DNA of 62,629 bases, counting the filler, from Pseudobdellovibrionaceae bacterium (GTDB lineage Bacteria > Bdellovibrionota > Bdellovibrionia > Bdellovibrionales > UBA1609), in NCBI GenBank assembly GCA_030591685.1. It is 5 parts of 5 records of this genome, joined end to end, with 100 filler letters (N's around TTAATTAATTAA, not from the genome) between each part and the next. Parts side by side here need not be neighbours in the genome. Positions count along the whole stretch, not along the records: positions 22,746 to 41,672 come from JAUVAX010000042.1; 4 more parts are not named here. One strand, 5' to 3'. The notes under the pieces were generated by a model. The model was not told the DNA's origin. It searched no databases and worked only from the letters and a program-made list of their open reading frames with translations. The position numbers were made by a program, and so were the translations under genes. Shown here piece by piece: positions 30,263-40,963 of the stretch (position 1 is the stretch's first letter; each line of letters starts with the position of its first letter).

Positions 30263-31291
30263 TTGAATTCAACTGAGCTTAATCTCTATGCAAAGCAAAT
30301 AAAACGCGATTTAAATCAGATTAATGGTCAAAAAGTAATGATCATCGGTGATTTAGGGGTAGATGAGTACATTTGGGGGGACGTAAAGCGTATTAGCCCA
30401 GAGGCCCCCGTCCCTGTCGTGGATGTTAATAAACAAGATGCTCGCCTTGGCCTGAGTGCTAATGTGGCCGCAAATGTGGTCAGCTTAGGGGGCGAAGCCC
30501 TCCTCGTGGGGGTTGTGGGTAATGATTCTGGCCTTGAAACTCTTTCAGGGTTGTTAAAGAAAAACAATGTCTCAACGGAGTACTTAATAAATGACTCGGA
30601 GCGCCCAACCACAAGAAAAATACGCATCATGGCGGCCGAACATCAACAGATTGTTCGTGTGGATTTTGAGAAAAAAAAGTTTCTCTCCGACAAAACAGCT
30701 CAACAACTCCTCTCGACAGTGAGAGAAAACATAGCCCAGACTGAAGTAGTTTTATTGCAAGACTATGCCAAGGGTGTTTTAAGTGAAAGTCTTTGCCAAG
30801 AGATTATTGCCCTTTGTAAAGCTCAAGGTAAAAAAGTACTGGTCGACCCTCATCGAAATACTCCCTTAAGTTATTATAAAGGCGCCGATTTATTTAAACC
30901 TAATAGTGACGAGTCTATTATCCTATCAGGTCTTCATTTTGATGAGCTGAGACAGCCTGAGGACATGATGCATAGAGTGGCTGAGGCTTTAAAATCTAAA
31001 CTCAGCGGTGGTGATATTGTTATTACTATGGGCAAGAGGGGCGTTTTAATTTACTCAAACGGTGAGTTTTCTAATTTACCGACCTTTGCAAGAGATGTTT
31101 TTGACGTTACAGGGGCCGGAGATACAGTGATTGCGTCTTTGGCATTAGCCACAGCTGTTCAGTGGCCATTAGTGCAGGCCTGTGCTTTTGCTAATTTCAC
31201 AGCAGGGATTGTGGTGAGCAAGGTAGGGTGTGTGCCCTGTGGTAGAAAAGAATTAGAGGCTTTTTTAGAGCCATTTACTAAAGAAAATTAA
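30263..31291 (+). CDS. rfaE1: D-glycero-beta-D-manno-heptose-7-phosphate kinase
   Basis: RISPEAPVPV, DYAKG, DVTGAGDTV. Confidence 0.92.
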   Translation: MNSTELNLYAKQIKRDLNQINGQKVMIIGDLGVDEYIWGDVKRISPEAPVPVVDVNKQDARLGLSANVAANVVSLGGEALLVGVVGNDSGLETLSGLLKKNNVSTEYLINDSERPTTRKIRIMAAEHQQIVRVDFEKKKFLSDKTAQQLLSTVRENIAQTEVVLLQDYAKGVLSESLCQEIIALCKAQGKKVLVDPHRNTPLSYYKGADLFKPNSDESIILSGLHFDELRQPEDMMHRVAEALKSKLSGGDIVITMGKRGVLIYSNGEFSNLPTFARDVFDVTGAGDTVIASLALATAVQWPLVQACAFANFTAGIVVSKVGCVPCGRKELEAFLEPFTKEN

Positions 31292-31310
31292 ACTTAAGGT
31301 GTTTTAAAAA

Positions 31311-32315
31311 GTGGACGTTAATAAAGACGCATCAGTAAAAGTAGTTATTACAGCTATTGTGGGTAACTTCGTGGTGACGCTGGCTAAATTTGCCGGTTGG
31401 GCGATGAGCGGCAGCGCTTCTATGTTGGCAGAGGCCGTTCACTCCACGGCAGATACTTTAAATCAAATACTACTTTTTGTGGGGATTAAGCACTCTCAAG
31501 AGGGGCCCTCTAAGATCTTTCCGTGGGGCATGGGGCAGGCGAGGTATGTTTGGAACTTAGTCTCGGCGGTGGGAATCTTTTTTATTGGTTTTGGTGTGAC
31601 CGTTTACCACGGGATCTCGTCTCTTTTATTGGGGCATGAATACGAGGGGTCTGACTATTTAACACTCAGTATTTTAATATTAGTATTTGCCTTTGTTGTT
31701 GAGGGATATGCATTACTGGTGGCGGTAAGGGCTGTAAATATACAGCGCGAAAAAATGCCTTTTTTTGAATTTTTAAAGCAAAGTGATGACCCCACAACAG
31801 TTGGTGTTTTATTTGAAGATAGCATTGCTGTGTTTGGTGTTTTTGTGGCCATAACAAGTATATCTTTATCGAAAGCATTGCATAGTAATGTGCCCGATGC
31901 CATAGGGTCCATTATCATTGGGGTTTTGTTAGGGGTCATGGCCCTCTTTTTGGCCCGCCTTAATGGTATGCTTCTCTTGGGGCTATCAGCTCATAAAAGC
32001 AAAGAAGAGGAGATAAAAAAGTTTATAGAGTCCTTTTCTTATGTTGAACGTATTGCAAAAATGAAAACTGTCGTTCTGGGGTCGGGCCAACTGCATTTAG
32101 CCGTTGAGATTGAATTTCATGGGGAGCACTTGGTCAACCCGGTACAAATAAAAAAAGACGCCGACAGTATTAGAAGGGGCCGAGACCCGGCGCCTGTACT
32201 TGTTGAGACCGCAGAGCGTATGGTGCGTATAATTGGCGAAAAAATTAACGAATTTGAAAGACAAATCAAAACTCGGTTTCCTGACGTGCAAACCATAGAG
32301 CTAGAGCTGCACTGA
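31311..32315 (+). CDS. Cation diffusion facilitator transporter
   Basis: SMLAEAVHSTADTLNQ, FEDSIA, DAIGSI. Confidence 0.88.
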   Translation: MDVNKDASVKVVITAIVGNFVVTLAKFAGWAMSGSASMLAEAVHSTADTLNQILLFVGIKHSQEGPSKIFPWGMGQARYVWNLVSAVGIFFIGFGVTVYHGISSLLLGHEYEGSDYLTLSILILVFAFVVEGYALLVAVRAVNIQREKMPFFEFLKQSDDPTTVGVLFEDSIAVFGVFVAITSISLSKALHSNVPDAIGSIIIGVLLGVMALFLARLNGMLLLGLSAHKSKEEEIKKFIESFSYVERIAKMKTVVLGSGQLHLAVEIEFHGEHLVNPVQIKKDADSIRRGRDPAPVLVETAERMVRIIGEKINEFERQIKTRFPDVQTIELELH

Positions 32316-32356
32316 GCTTTAGGCCCCCCCCCTACATTAAGACCCCATTTTTAGTG

Positions 32357-32393
32357 TCAAAGCCCTGTTTGGCTTATGTAAATAGGGCTTTGA
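32357..32393. terminator. Stem-loop after the CDF gene
   Basis: 14-bp stem TCAAAGCCCTGTTT/AAATAGGGCTTTGA; no U-tract. Confidence 0.45.
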
Positions 32394-32522
32394 GCCCAAT
32401 TAGGTGTGTAAAAATTAGAACAAGGGTTGTTATTTTAATGGCGAGCTTTTATATATATATTCTTTAATATTTTCTACGTAGATATAAAAAGTCTACTTAA
32501 TGCCAAGCCGTAAGGATTTATA

Positions 32523-34112
32523 ATGATTAGTGCCTCAAATGTGAGTTTAAGCTTTGGCGGGCAAAAGCTTTTTGAAGATGTGAATGTTAAATTTACTCCA
32601 GGCAATTGCTATGGCCTTATCGGGGCCAACGGAGCCGGTAAGTCGACATTTTTAAAAGTTCTATCTAAAGAAATAGACCCTAATAGCGGTGAAGTTAACA
32701 TGCCCCGCAAGTTACGACTCTCTATGCTTAAACAAGATCACTTCGCTTATGATGAGTGCGAAGTATTAAAGACAGTGATGATGGGCAATGAGAGGCTTTT
32801 TAATATAATAAAGCTCAAAGATGAGCTTTATGCCAAGCCAGATTTTTCTGAAGAAGACGGCATTAAGGCCTCTGATTTAGAGGCCGAGTTTGCTGAAATG
32901 GATGGATGGGAAGCTGAAAGCGAAGCGGGGATATTATTGGCGGGCCTTGGAGTCTCTGCTGAGTATAATGAAAAGTTAATGAAAGAGCTCACCGGAGCTC
33001 AAAAAGTTAAAGTATTATTAGCTCAAGCTCTCTTTGGGCAGCCTGATATTTTACTTTTAGATGAGCCGACAAACCATTTAGATATTTATGCTATAAATTG
33101 GTTAGAAGAGTTTTTACTTAATTTTGAAAACACAGTTATAGTTGTCTCACATGATCGACATTTTATGAATAAAGTCTGTACCTATATTGCTGACATTGAT
33201 TTTGGTAAAATCACTACCTATGCAGGAAACTATGATTTTTGGCGACACTCTAGTGATTTGGCACTCAAACTTCGAGGGGATCAAAGTAAAAAAACAGCCG
33301 ATAAGGCTGAGGAGTTAAAAAAATTCATTCAACGTTTTAGCGCGAATGCCTCTAAATCTAAGCAAGCCACCTCAAGGCAAAAGCAGCTTGAAAAACTAAA
33401 TATTGAAGACATTCCCGTCTCAACTCGCCGTTACCCCTTTGTTGGCTTTGAATCTAAAAGAGAGGCCGGTAATGATTTATTAATGGTTAAAGGGATTAGT
33501 AAAAGTATTGAAGGAAAACCTATATTAAAAGACATTAGTTTTAACCTCCAGCGTGGTGATAAAGTCGTGTTACTTGGTGGTAATGATGTGTCTAAAACAA
33601 CGCTGTTACAAATTTTAATGGGCGAGATTGAACCTGATGAGGGCTCCTTTTCATGGGGAGTGACCACAACGCAAAGTTATTTCCCGAAAGATAACACGAA
33701 GTACTTTGAGAGCTCAGAGTTGTCATTAATTGATTGGTTAAGGCAATACTCTGAGGACAAGGATGAATCTTTTATACGAGGCTTTTTGGGTAAAATGCTT
33801 TTTAGTAAAGATGATGCTTTGAAAAAGACAAATGTTCTCTCTGGTGGGGAGAGGGTGCGGTGTATGCTATCTAAGCTTATGCTTTCAAAAGCCAACGTAT
33901 TGCTTTTAGATGACCCCATTGGGCATTTAGACCTAGAGAGTGTTACGGCTGTTAACGAGGGCGTTAGGCGCTTTACAGGGACGGTGATATTTACATCTCA
34001 TGATCACGAGTTTATGCAAACTGTTGCAAACAGGGTTATTGAAATTGATGTGGGCCTTAAGAATGATAAAAAAACCACTTATGATGAGTATATTGCCTCT
34101 GTAAGCCACTGA
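32523..34112 (+). CDS. ABC-F ATPase (YbiT/YkpA-like)
   Basis: Two ABC domains, no TM helices; GANGAGKST, LLDEPTNHLD, LSGGE. Confidence 0.92.
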   Translation: MISASNVSLSFGGQKLFEDVNVKFTPGNCYGLIGANGAGKSTFLKVLSKEIDPNSGEVNMPRKLRLSMLKQDHFAYDECEVLKTVMMGNERLFNIIKLKDELYAKPDFSEEDGIKASDLEAEFAEMDGWEAESEAGILLAGLGVSAEYNEKLMKELTGAQKVKVLLAQALFGQPDILLLDEPTNHLDIYAINWLEEFLLNFENTVIVVSHDRHFMNKVCTYIADIDFGKITTYAGNYDFWRHSSDLALKLRGDQSKKTADKAEELKKFIQRFSANASKSKQATSRQKQLEKLNIEDIPVSTRRYPFVGFESKREAGNDLLMVKGISKSIEGKPILKDISFNLQRGDKVVLLGGNDVSKTTLLQILMGEIEPDEGSFSWGVTTTQSYFPKDNTKYFESSELSLIDWLRQYSEDKDESFIRGFLGKMLFSKDDALKKTNVLSGGERVRCMLSKLMLSKANVLLLDDPIGHLDLESVTAVNEGVRRFTGTVIFTSHDHEFMQTVANRVIEIDVGLKNDKKTTYDEYIASVSH

Positions 34113-34238
34113 GACCATTTAAAGGCTTAGAAGGGGCTTTTAAGGTTATCGTTTTTTCAATACCAGGGCATTATTTGTGTAAGAATTCACGTTTTGTGGT
34201 AAGAAAAGCTCTAGCTTATTACTCGGAGAGACCAGCCT

Positions 34239-35291
34239 TTGGAAAAACCTAATTTTTACGACTTTAATTTGTCCTCATTGTCCGATTTTTTGGTCGAGGG
34301 CGGGCACAAAAAATTTCGTGCTCAACAGTTATTTAGGTGGGTTTATGGCTTAAGGGTCACTGACCCTGAAAGCATGACAAATCTTTCAAAAGAATTTAGA
34401 AAAGACATACCACTATTATTTGATTTTATTTTACCAAAAAAAACATCAGAACTAGTCAGTGAAGATACAACCCGAAAATATTTATTTGATATGGGTGGGG
34501 GCTTGAGTGTTGAGACGGTTCTGATCCCGTCAAAAGGGCGTTATACACTGTGTGTATCTTCAGAGGTGGGTTGTAATTTAGCTTGTAAATTTTGTTTTAC
34601 AGGTAAGCAAAAACTTTTAAAGAGACTTTCTGTGAGCGAAATAGTGGGACAATATTTACAGGTGAGAGATTCTTTGCCCGAGGATATTAGAATTTCTAAT
34701 ATTGTTTTTATGGGCATGGGAGAGCCTTTAGATAATTGCCAGGCGGTGTTTCCGGCAATTGATATTTTTCATGACTCTTGGGGGATTAATCTTTCGCGTA
34801 AAAAAATAACAGTATCTACTTCGGGGCTTGTGGACCGCATCCCTAAGATTATAAACTCAGGGACACGTTTGGCGGTGAGCTTAAATGGCTCGAACGATCA
34901 GGTTCGCTCTGGGATTATGCCGATAAATAAAAAATGGAATATTGAAAAACTCATGGGGGCCTGCCAAGAGCACTATAGGCAATCCAAGGATAGAATTACT
35001 TTTGAATATGTTTTATTAAGTGGAGTCACAGATTCTTTGGAGCACGCTAAGGAATTACACAGAATTACTAGATCTGTGCCGAGTAAAATTAATATTATCC
35101 CCTTTAATGAGCACCCCCAGTCAGATTATAAGCGCCCCTCCGAGTCGCAAATAGATCGTTTTCAAAAGGAGATGATGCGTTTGGGCTCGCACGTACTGCG
35201 GCGAAAAACAATGGGGCGCGATATTTACGCCGCCTGTGGTCAGTTAAATTCATTAGCAAAAGATCATCCTGGTAAAATGTCAGTTCTGTGA
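34239..35291 (+). CDS. rlmN: 23S rRNA/tRNA m2A radical-SAM methyltransferase
   Basis: CNLACKFC, MGMGEP, AACGQL. Confidence 0.95.
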   Translation: MEKPNFYDFNLSSLSDFLVEGGHKKFRAQQLFRWVYGLRVTDPESMTNLSKEFRKDIPLLFDFILPKKTSELVSEDTTRKYLFDMGGGLSVETVLIPSKGRYTLCVSSEVGCNLACKFCFTGKQKLLKRLSVSEIVGQYLQVRDSLPEDIRISNIVFMGMGEPLDNCQAVFPAIDIFHDSWGINLSRKKITVSTSGLVDRIPKIINSGTRLAVSLNGSNDQVRSGIMPINKKWNIEKLMGACQEHYRQSKDRITFEYVLLSGVTDSLEHAKELHRITRSVPSKINIIPFNEHPQSDYKRPSESQIDRFQKEMMRLGSHVLRRKTMGRDIYAACGQLNSLAKDHPGKMSVL

Positions 35292-35337
35292 TATAAAAAA
35301 ATTATAAATCTAAAACATCTTTAATAAGGGGTCTTTC

Positions 35338-36246
35338 GTGGCTGAAATTTTAGTTGTAGGCAGTGTTGGGTATGATTCAATAACAACCCCTTCAGGGCAC
35401 AAGGACAATCTTTTAGGTGGGTCTGCAAATTATTTTTCTTTAGCGGCCAGTAAGTACTCAAAAGTTAATGTTGTCGGTGTTGTCGGAGATGATTATAAAA
35501 AGAAAGACATTGAACTATTAACAAGCCGAAATGTTTGTGTCTCCGGCTTACAAACCCTTGAAGGTGAAACTTTTCGCTGGACTGGTAAGTATGAAAATGA
35601 CATGAACGAGGCCATTACCTTAGATACCCAGCTTAATGTTTTTCAGCATTTTAATCCTCAAATCCCAGATCAGTATAAAAATTCAGGCTACGTTTTTTTA
35701 GCAAACATTGATCCTGTTTTACAAATGCAGGTTTTAGGTCAAGTTGAAAAGCCTAAACTTGTTGGCGTAGATACTATGAATTTTTGGATAGAGTCAAAGC
35801 TTGATGACCTTAAGAAAGTCCTAAGCAAAGTTGACGTACTGTTGATTAACGAAGGTGAGGCTCGAGAATTAACCGGTCTATGGAACGGCATTGGGGCCGC
35901 AAAAGTCTTAAGTGAAATGGGCCCTCGTGCCATTGTTATTAAGCGAGGAGAGTATGGGTTTGTTTTATACATGGACGGTCAGTATTTTATTTTACCGGCC
36001 TTTCCTGTAGAGAAGGTTATTGACCCCACAGGGGCTGGTGATACTTTTGCGGGAGGATTTTTTGGTTACCTATCAAAAGTTGATGGTGATTTTGAAATGG
36101 CACACTTAAAGCAAGCCTGTGTGCACGGATGTATATTAGCCTCATATACGGTCCAGGACTTTGGTGTAAACCCTCTTATTGATTTAAGTTGGAAAGATTT
36201 AGAGGCTCGCCAAAGTGAGTACTCTCAAGTTATTTCTTACCGATAA
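35338..36246 (+). CDS. PfkB-family carbohydrate/nucleoside kinase
   Basis: GGSANY, DPTGAGDTFAGG. Confidence 0.9.
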   Translation: MAEILVVGSVGYDSITTPSGHKDNLLGGSANYFSLAASKYSKVNVVGVVGDDYKKKDIELLTSRNVCVSGLQTLEGETFRWTGKYENDMNEAITLDTQLNVFQHFNPQIPDQYKNSGYVFLANIDPVLQMQVLGQVEKPKLVGVDTMNFWIESKLDDLKKVLSKVDVLLINEGEARELTGLWNGIGAAKVLSEMGPRAIVIKRGEYGFVLYMDGQYFILPAFPVEKVIDPTGAGDTFAGGFFGYLSKVDGDFEMAHLKQACVHGCILASYTVQDFGVNPLIDLSWKDLEARQSEYSQVISYR

Positions 36247-36373
36247 GGCTGGCCCAAGGCCTTGAGGCCGCGACAAAAGTCAAGATCACAGAACCCTTAT
36301 TTGCAAATATATCTGTAAATTTAAGCACTTAACTTAATGCTCCATAAATGCGCTGCCGATAGAGTAAGTGCTT

Positions 36374-37336
36374 ATGAAAAAAAAGAAACCCGGTGATTTA
36401 GCCGATGATATTTTAGATGATCTTTTAAGTGGTGAATCCAGTATGGATGAACTTACAGGCAGCGGTTTGATTTTGACCGATGACAATGATGATAAAACGT
36501 TACAACTCACTGATGAGCAGATTTCAGGCGTGATATCTCCTGAGTCACTACCGGAAGAGGGCCCACAAATTTTCGGGGCTGCAAGCAAGACAGAGCCACT
36601 GATAAAAAAAGGTGAAACCGTAGAGTCATTGGCCGGCCCAAGGGATGGTAAGACATTATCTGAGAAGGTTAAGACAAGTGTTGGTCGTTTTTTTCCATCA
36701 AAGTCACCAGTTGTAGGTGTTGGAGATGTCGCATCAGCAGGGCATATTTCATTAGCTCAGTCAGAGCATTTAAGGGTCGCACAAAATAGAATTATTGAGT
36801 TAGAGTCTCGGATACAGACTCTTCGGAGCAATAATGATAGTCTGCTCGCAGCCGGCGAAATTATGAAAAAAAGGGCTGACGATTTGACTGAAAAGTATGA
36901 GAACGCGGGCAAGGAGCTAAAATCTCAGAAAAAAATAGTTCTTAATGAGCAAAAAATATCGCAGGCTCACTCTCAAAAAAAGGATCGTGAATTTTTAAAT
37001 CTTAAACAGAGTCTTGATGAGTCTGAAGCTCGCCTATCGGCAAATATGCACAAAATAAGAGTTCGAGAAAAAGAATTAGAAAACCGCCTAGAGCTAGTTA
37101 AAATGGAAAGTGCAGCCTTAATTCAGAATAAAAATGAAATCATTTTAGACTTGAAAAGATCAATGGACCAGCTCAATATAGAGCTGGATAATTATAGAGC
37201 CAAAGGACAGGAGCTGAACGCTCAAATTGATAACAAGCAAGAAGTATTAAGAAGAACAATTAGGACGCTTAGAATTGCTCTTGTTATGTTAGAGGGTGAT
37301 GAGAGCGTTGATGAGAGTCAAAAGAACACCGGTTGA
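36374..37336 (+). CDS. Coiled-coil protein with acidic N-terminus
   Basis: Long heptad region; GCCGATAG (sigma28 -10-like) at 36355-36362. Confidence 0.7.
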   Translation: MKKKKPGDLADDILDDLLSGESSMDELTGSGLILTDDNDDKTLQLTDEQISGVISPESLPEEGPQIFGAASKTEPLIKKGETVESLAGPRDGKTLSEKVKTSVGRFFPSKSPVVGVGDVASAGHISLAQSEHLRVAQNRIIELESRIQTLRSNNDSLLAAGEIMKKRADDLTEKYENAGKELKSQKKIVLNEQKISQAHSQKKDREFLNLKQSLDESEARLSANMHKIRVREKELENRLELVKMESAALIQNKNEIILDLKRSMDQLNIELDNYRAKGQELNAQIDNKQEVLRRTIRTLRIALVMLEGDESVDESQKNTG

Positions 37337-37349
37337 AAGTCCTAAATTT

Positions 37350-38432
37350 ATGAAAAAAATTAAATTAATAGTCAGTGATTTACATTTAGGCGTTGGCCGA
37401 AGCTTAAAAGGCGGTCGAATCAACATCCTTGAAGAATTTTACTTTGATGAAAAATACATTGAATTCTTACATTATTATACAAATGGTAAATTTGAAAACT
37501 ATGAAGTCGAACTAATATTAAATGGCGATATTTTAAATTTATTGCAAGTCGACTATAAAGAATTTTTTTTAACAGTGATCACTGAAGAAATATCCCTTGC
37601 AAAGACTAAAAGAATAATAGAGGGGCATACGAGTTTTTTTAAAGCCCTTAAGGATTTTGCTCAAAAAGAGGGTAATAGCATAACGTATATAGTTGGCAAC
37701 CATGATCAGGGGGTTTTATGGCCTAAGGTGAGGGCCTGCTTAAATGATGCCGCAGGGACAAACATACGGTTTAAGAATATAGTACATTATTTTGATGGTG
37801 TGCATGTCGAACACGGTCATATGCATGAATCTGCTAATCGATTAAACCCCAAAAAGTTTTTTTTAAAAAAGAACATCCCAGAGCCTATATTAAATTTACC
37901 ATTTGGGTCACATTTTTTTTTAGAATTTGTTATGCGGCTCAAGCAGGAGTATCCCCATATTGACAAAGTCCGGCCATTTTTTAAAATGGTTCATTGGACT
38001 TTGGTTAATGAAACCTTTTTTGCGATTCGGTCAATATGGGGGTTAACTAAGTATTTACTTAAATCTATATTTGTTCAAGACCCAAGGGTTGAATGGCCTT
38101 TAAAACGTTTACTGGCTGTTATTTTTGAGAGTGCTGTGTTTCCAGATCTTAGTGAGTCTGCCAGAAGAATACTTCAGGATGAAAGAATTCATACAGTAGT
38201 TTTTGGCCATACACATGTGTACCAGTATAGGCAGTGGGGAGAAGAAAAGGAATACTTTAACACGGGGACATGGACAGATTTAACCTCTCTTGACATATCT
38301 TCACTTGGAAAAATAACGAAGTTGATTTATGTGTTATTAGAGTATCCTGAAGAAGACGGGGCTCGGCCGGTGGGACGACTTAAAGAGTGGCATGGATACC
38401 ACCGTATTGAAGAGGATGTATCAATCATATGA
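37350..38432 (+). CDS. Calcineurin-like metallophosphoesterase
   Basis: SDLH, NGD, GNHD, HGH, GHTH. Confidence 0.88.
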   Translation: MKKIKLIVSDLHLGVGRSLKGGRINILEEFYFDEKYIEFLHYYTNGKFENYEVELILNGDILNLLQVDYKEFFLTVITEEISLAKTKRIIEGHTSFFKALKDFAQKEGNSITYIVGNHDQGVLWPKVRACLNDAAGTNIRFKNIVHYFDGVHVEHGHMHESANRLNPKKFFLKKNIPEPILNLPFGSHFFLEFVMRLKQEYPHIDKVRPFFKMVHWTLVNETFFAIRSIWGLTKYLLKSIFVQDPRVEWPLKRLLAVIFESAVFPDLSESARRILQDERIHTVVFGHTHVYQYRQWGEEKEYFNTGTWTDLTSLDISSLGKITKLIYVLLEYPEEDGARPVGRLKEWHGYHRIEEDVSII

Positions 38433-39655
38433 TTTCATTATTTCATCAACCTGAGATGAGCCTTAAGAGCGAGTCAGACAGATTGAAGGCGGCTTATGAG
38501 AGGCTTGTGTCTAGAAGTGACCTAGGGTTTATTAATTTACTCAAGGAGAAATCGCCATTAGACCCGAGTATAGATCGTGCTAAAAAACTAAAACCCAATG
38601 TAAAGACATTGTGTGTTGTTGGCATTGGTGGGAGTCACTTAGGTATAGAAGTGATTTATCAGGCGTTTAAATTAACCTCTGATATTGAAATTATATTTTT
38701 TGATAATGTAGACCCCGTGGTGTTTGAGAGAAAGATTAATAACCTTCTTGATTTAAGCACGACTCATTGGTTAGTCATCTCTAAGAGTGGAAAGACAATT
38801 GAAACGTTAACGCTGACAAACTTTATTGAGCAAGGTCTGAGGCTTAAGGGGCAAAGCCTTAGTCCTTTAAGCGCAACTGTGATTACCGAGTTAAAGCCCA
38901 GCCCTCTTTATGATTGGGCTTACAGTAAGGGCATCCCGATTTTAGCGTTACCTGTAGATTTGGGGGGTAGGTTTTCAGTACTCTCTGCTGTGGGTATGTT
39001 TCCGGTTAGTTTAATGGGTTTTGACGCTGAGAGGTTTTTAGTGGGAGCTCGTGGGGCACTTGATGAAAAGAATTTAGTTACCCAGCTTGCAACGATATTT
39101 ATACATAGTTTTTCTGATAAAAAATGGATTACAATGTTTTGGAGCTACTCAGATCGCTTAGAGCGGTTTGGGTTTTGGTTGCAGCAGCTTTGGTCTGAAT
39201 CACTAGCAAAAGGGGTTACTTGTGCCGGTGGGGCCCCAGGGCGTGTGAGTACGCCGGTAGCATGCCGAGGAGCTAATGATCAACACTCAGTATTACAACA
39301 AGTTATTGAGGGAGCGAGTGACAAGTTATTAGTATTTACTAAAATTGCAGAGGATAGGAAGTATGGAGGAGCACTACAGACTTCGATGTTTTCAGGATTA
39401 AATTTAATGAATGATAAGACCATGGGCGAGCTTCTTTTTGCGGAGTGTGATGCAACTATAAAATCGGTTGAAGAATCAGGAGTTCCTTGTGTGGGCATCG
39501 AGCTAGAGGATTTATCGGAGGAAAGTCTAGGGACTCTTTTTATGACATTTCAACTGGTTATTGGGGTCTTAGGAGAGTATTTAGGTATAGATGCTTACAA
39601 TCAGCCAGGGGTTGAGAGAAGTAAGGTCCTAACCTCAGAGTTCTTATCTAATTAG
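38429..39655 (+). CDS. pgi: Glucose-6-phosphate isomerase
   Basis: GIGGSHLG, SKSGKTIET, GGRFSVLS, DQHS, YNQPGVE. Confidence 0.93.
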   Translation: MISLFHQPEMSLKSESDRLKAAYERLVSRSDLGFINLLKEKSPLDPSIDRAKKLKPNVKTLCVVGIGGSHLGIEVIYQAFKLTSDIEIIFFDNVDPVVFERKINNLLDLSTTHWLVISKSGKTIETLTLTNFIEQGLRLKGQSLSPLSATVITELKPSPLYDWAYSKGIPILALPVDLGGRFSVLSAVGMFPVSLMGFDAERFLVGARGALDEKNLVTQLATIFIHSFSDKKWITMFWSYSDRLERFGFWLQQLWSESLAKGVTCAGGAPGRVSTPVACRGANDQHSVLQQVIEGASDKLLVFTKIAEDRKYGGALQTSMFSGLNLMNDKTMGELLFAECDATIKSVEESGVPCVGIELEDLSEESLGTLFMTFQLVIGVLGEYLGIDAYNQPGVERSKVLTSEFLSN

Positions 39656-39657
39656 AC

Positions 39658-39686
39658 TTGTCAGTTAACCTAGGATTCATTAAAAT
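39658..39686 (+). promoter_or_regulatory. sigma70 promoter (probably giving a leaderless dgcB mRNA)
   Basis: TTGTCA-17 nt-TAAAAT; ATG 39693 lies 6 nt downstream. Confidence 0.55.
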
Positions 39687-40628
39687 ATGTCTATGTCTAA
39701 TTTTGATGATGAAGATACAAATAATCTAGATAAAACAAGTGTTATGACAAGTGATACTTTTAAAGTGCGAATTGCTCAAGCCGGCAAAGCACCTCCTTGT
39801 TTAGTTTTACTCGTTGGTCCTGCTAATGAAGTTGGCCGTCAATGGCCCATCGAAGATACGGATCGAATTATTGGTCGGTCAATAAATGCTCATGTAAGTA
39901 TTGAAGATAAGAGTGTTAGTAAATCACATGCTAAAATTTTAATGATGGGTGGGGATGTTTCAATTATAGACCTGGAGTCTACGAATAAGACCATTATTAA
40001 TAGCAAAACTTTAAAACCATTAGTTTCGCATACTTTGAAGAATAATGATCAAATAAAAATGGGAAATATTATATTTAAATTTTTAGAGCAGGGAAATATT
40101 GAAACCTTTTCTGTGGCTCAAACTTTTGATCGTACTTTATTGGACCCATTAACTAAAATTAATAATAAAGGTGCCTTAATGGCGCAAGGGCCGGACTGCT
40201 TTAAAAAAGCGTCAATATTAGGTGTTCCATTCTCGATTATAGCGTTTGATATAGACTTTTTTACAAAAGTTAATTCAGATCATGGCCACCCTGGGGGCGA
40301 TTATGTCTTACAAGAATTAACAAAAGTAATTAAAGAGAAGTTAATTCGCGAAAATGATTACTTCGCTAGGTCTGGCGGGGAAGAATTTACGTTATTGCTT
40401 TTGGGTGGAGATTTAGAGCAGGCTCAAGATGTTGGCGAAAGGCTCCGTAAGACAATTGAAGAGCATGAATTTAGTTTTGAAGGTGTTCGAGTGCCAATAA
40501 CCATTTCAGTGGGGCTATCTACAAAGAAAGATTCAGATAAAAATTGGAATGATATAAATAGTCGAGCAGACCAGGCTTTGTATAAGTCTAAAAACAATGG
40601 TCGCAATAAGGTTACTGTTCTAGAGTAG
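39687..40628 (+). CDS. dgcB: FHA-GGDEF diguanylate cyclase, DgcB-like (start may be 39693)
   Basis: N-terminal tail LDKTSV; FHA motifs GRS, SKSH, STN; RxxD I-site (REND); GGEEF. Confidence 0.85.
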   Translation: MSMSNFDDEDTNNLDKTSVMTSDTFKVRIAQAGKAPPCLVLLVGPANEVGRQWPIEDTDRIIGRSINAHVSIEDKSVSKSHAKILMMGGDVSIIDLESTNKTIINSKTLKPLVSHTLKNNDQIKMGNIIFKFLEQGNIETFSVAQTFDRTLLDPLTKINNKGALMAQGPDCFKKASILGVPFSIIAFDIDFFTKVNSDHGHPGGDYVLQELTKVIKEKLIRENDYFARSGGEEFTLLLLGGDLEQAQDVGERLRKTIEEHEFSFEGVRVPITISVGLSTKKDSDKNWNDINSRADQALYKSKNNGRNKVTVLE

Positions 40629-40839
40629 TCGTCGTCAGGTAAAATATATAGAGAGAGTTTGCGATACTAAAAGCGCATTAAAAAAATGCCTACATTGGTG
40701 GCATTGTTGCACTAGCGAACAGTCTATGGTCAGTTTGCTACTGGTCGAAGGTCCCAGTTGTTAGGGAGTTTTAGTGTAGAGTCAGTTACTCACGAACTAA
40801 TTAGTGACACATTTGTGGTGGCATTTTGATTTTTTTAAT

Positions 40840-40855
40840 TGGCTTACTCTTTGCT
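40840..40855 (+). promoter_or_regulatory. sigma54 promoter of the ECF sigma gene
   Basis: TGGCTT-ACTCT-TTGCT. Confidence 0.55.
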
Positions 40856-40963
40856 AAGTAAGAGGTGTAGGGGCGGGTCGAATCAACCGCTCAAACAAGA
40901 AGACTCAGCTGATCTAATAAAAAAAATAAATCACTCATTAATCTTAAAGTAAAGGGGATGCAC

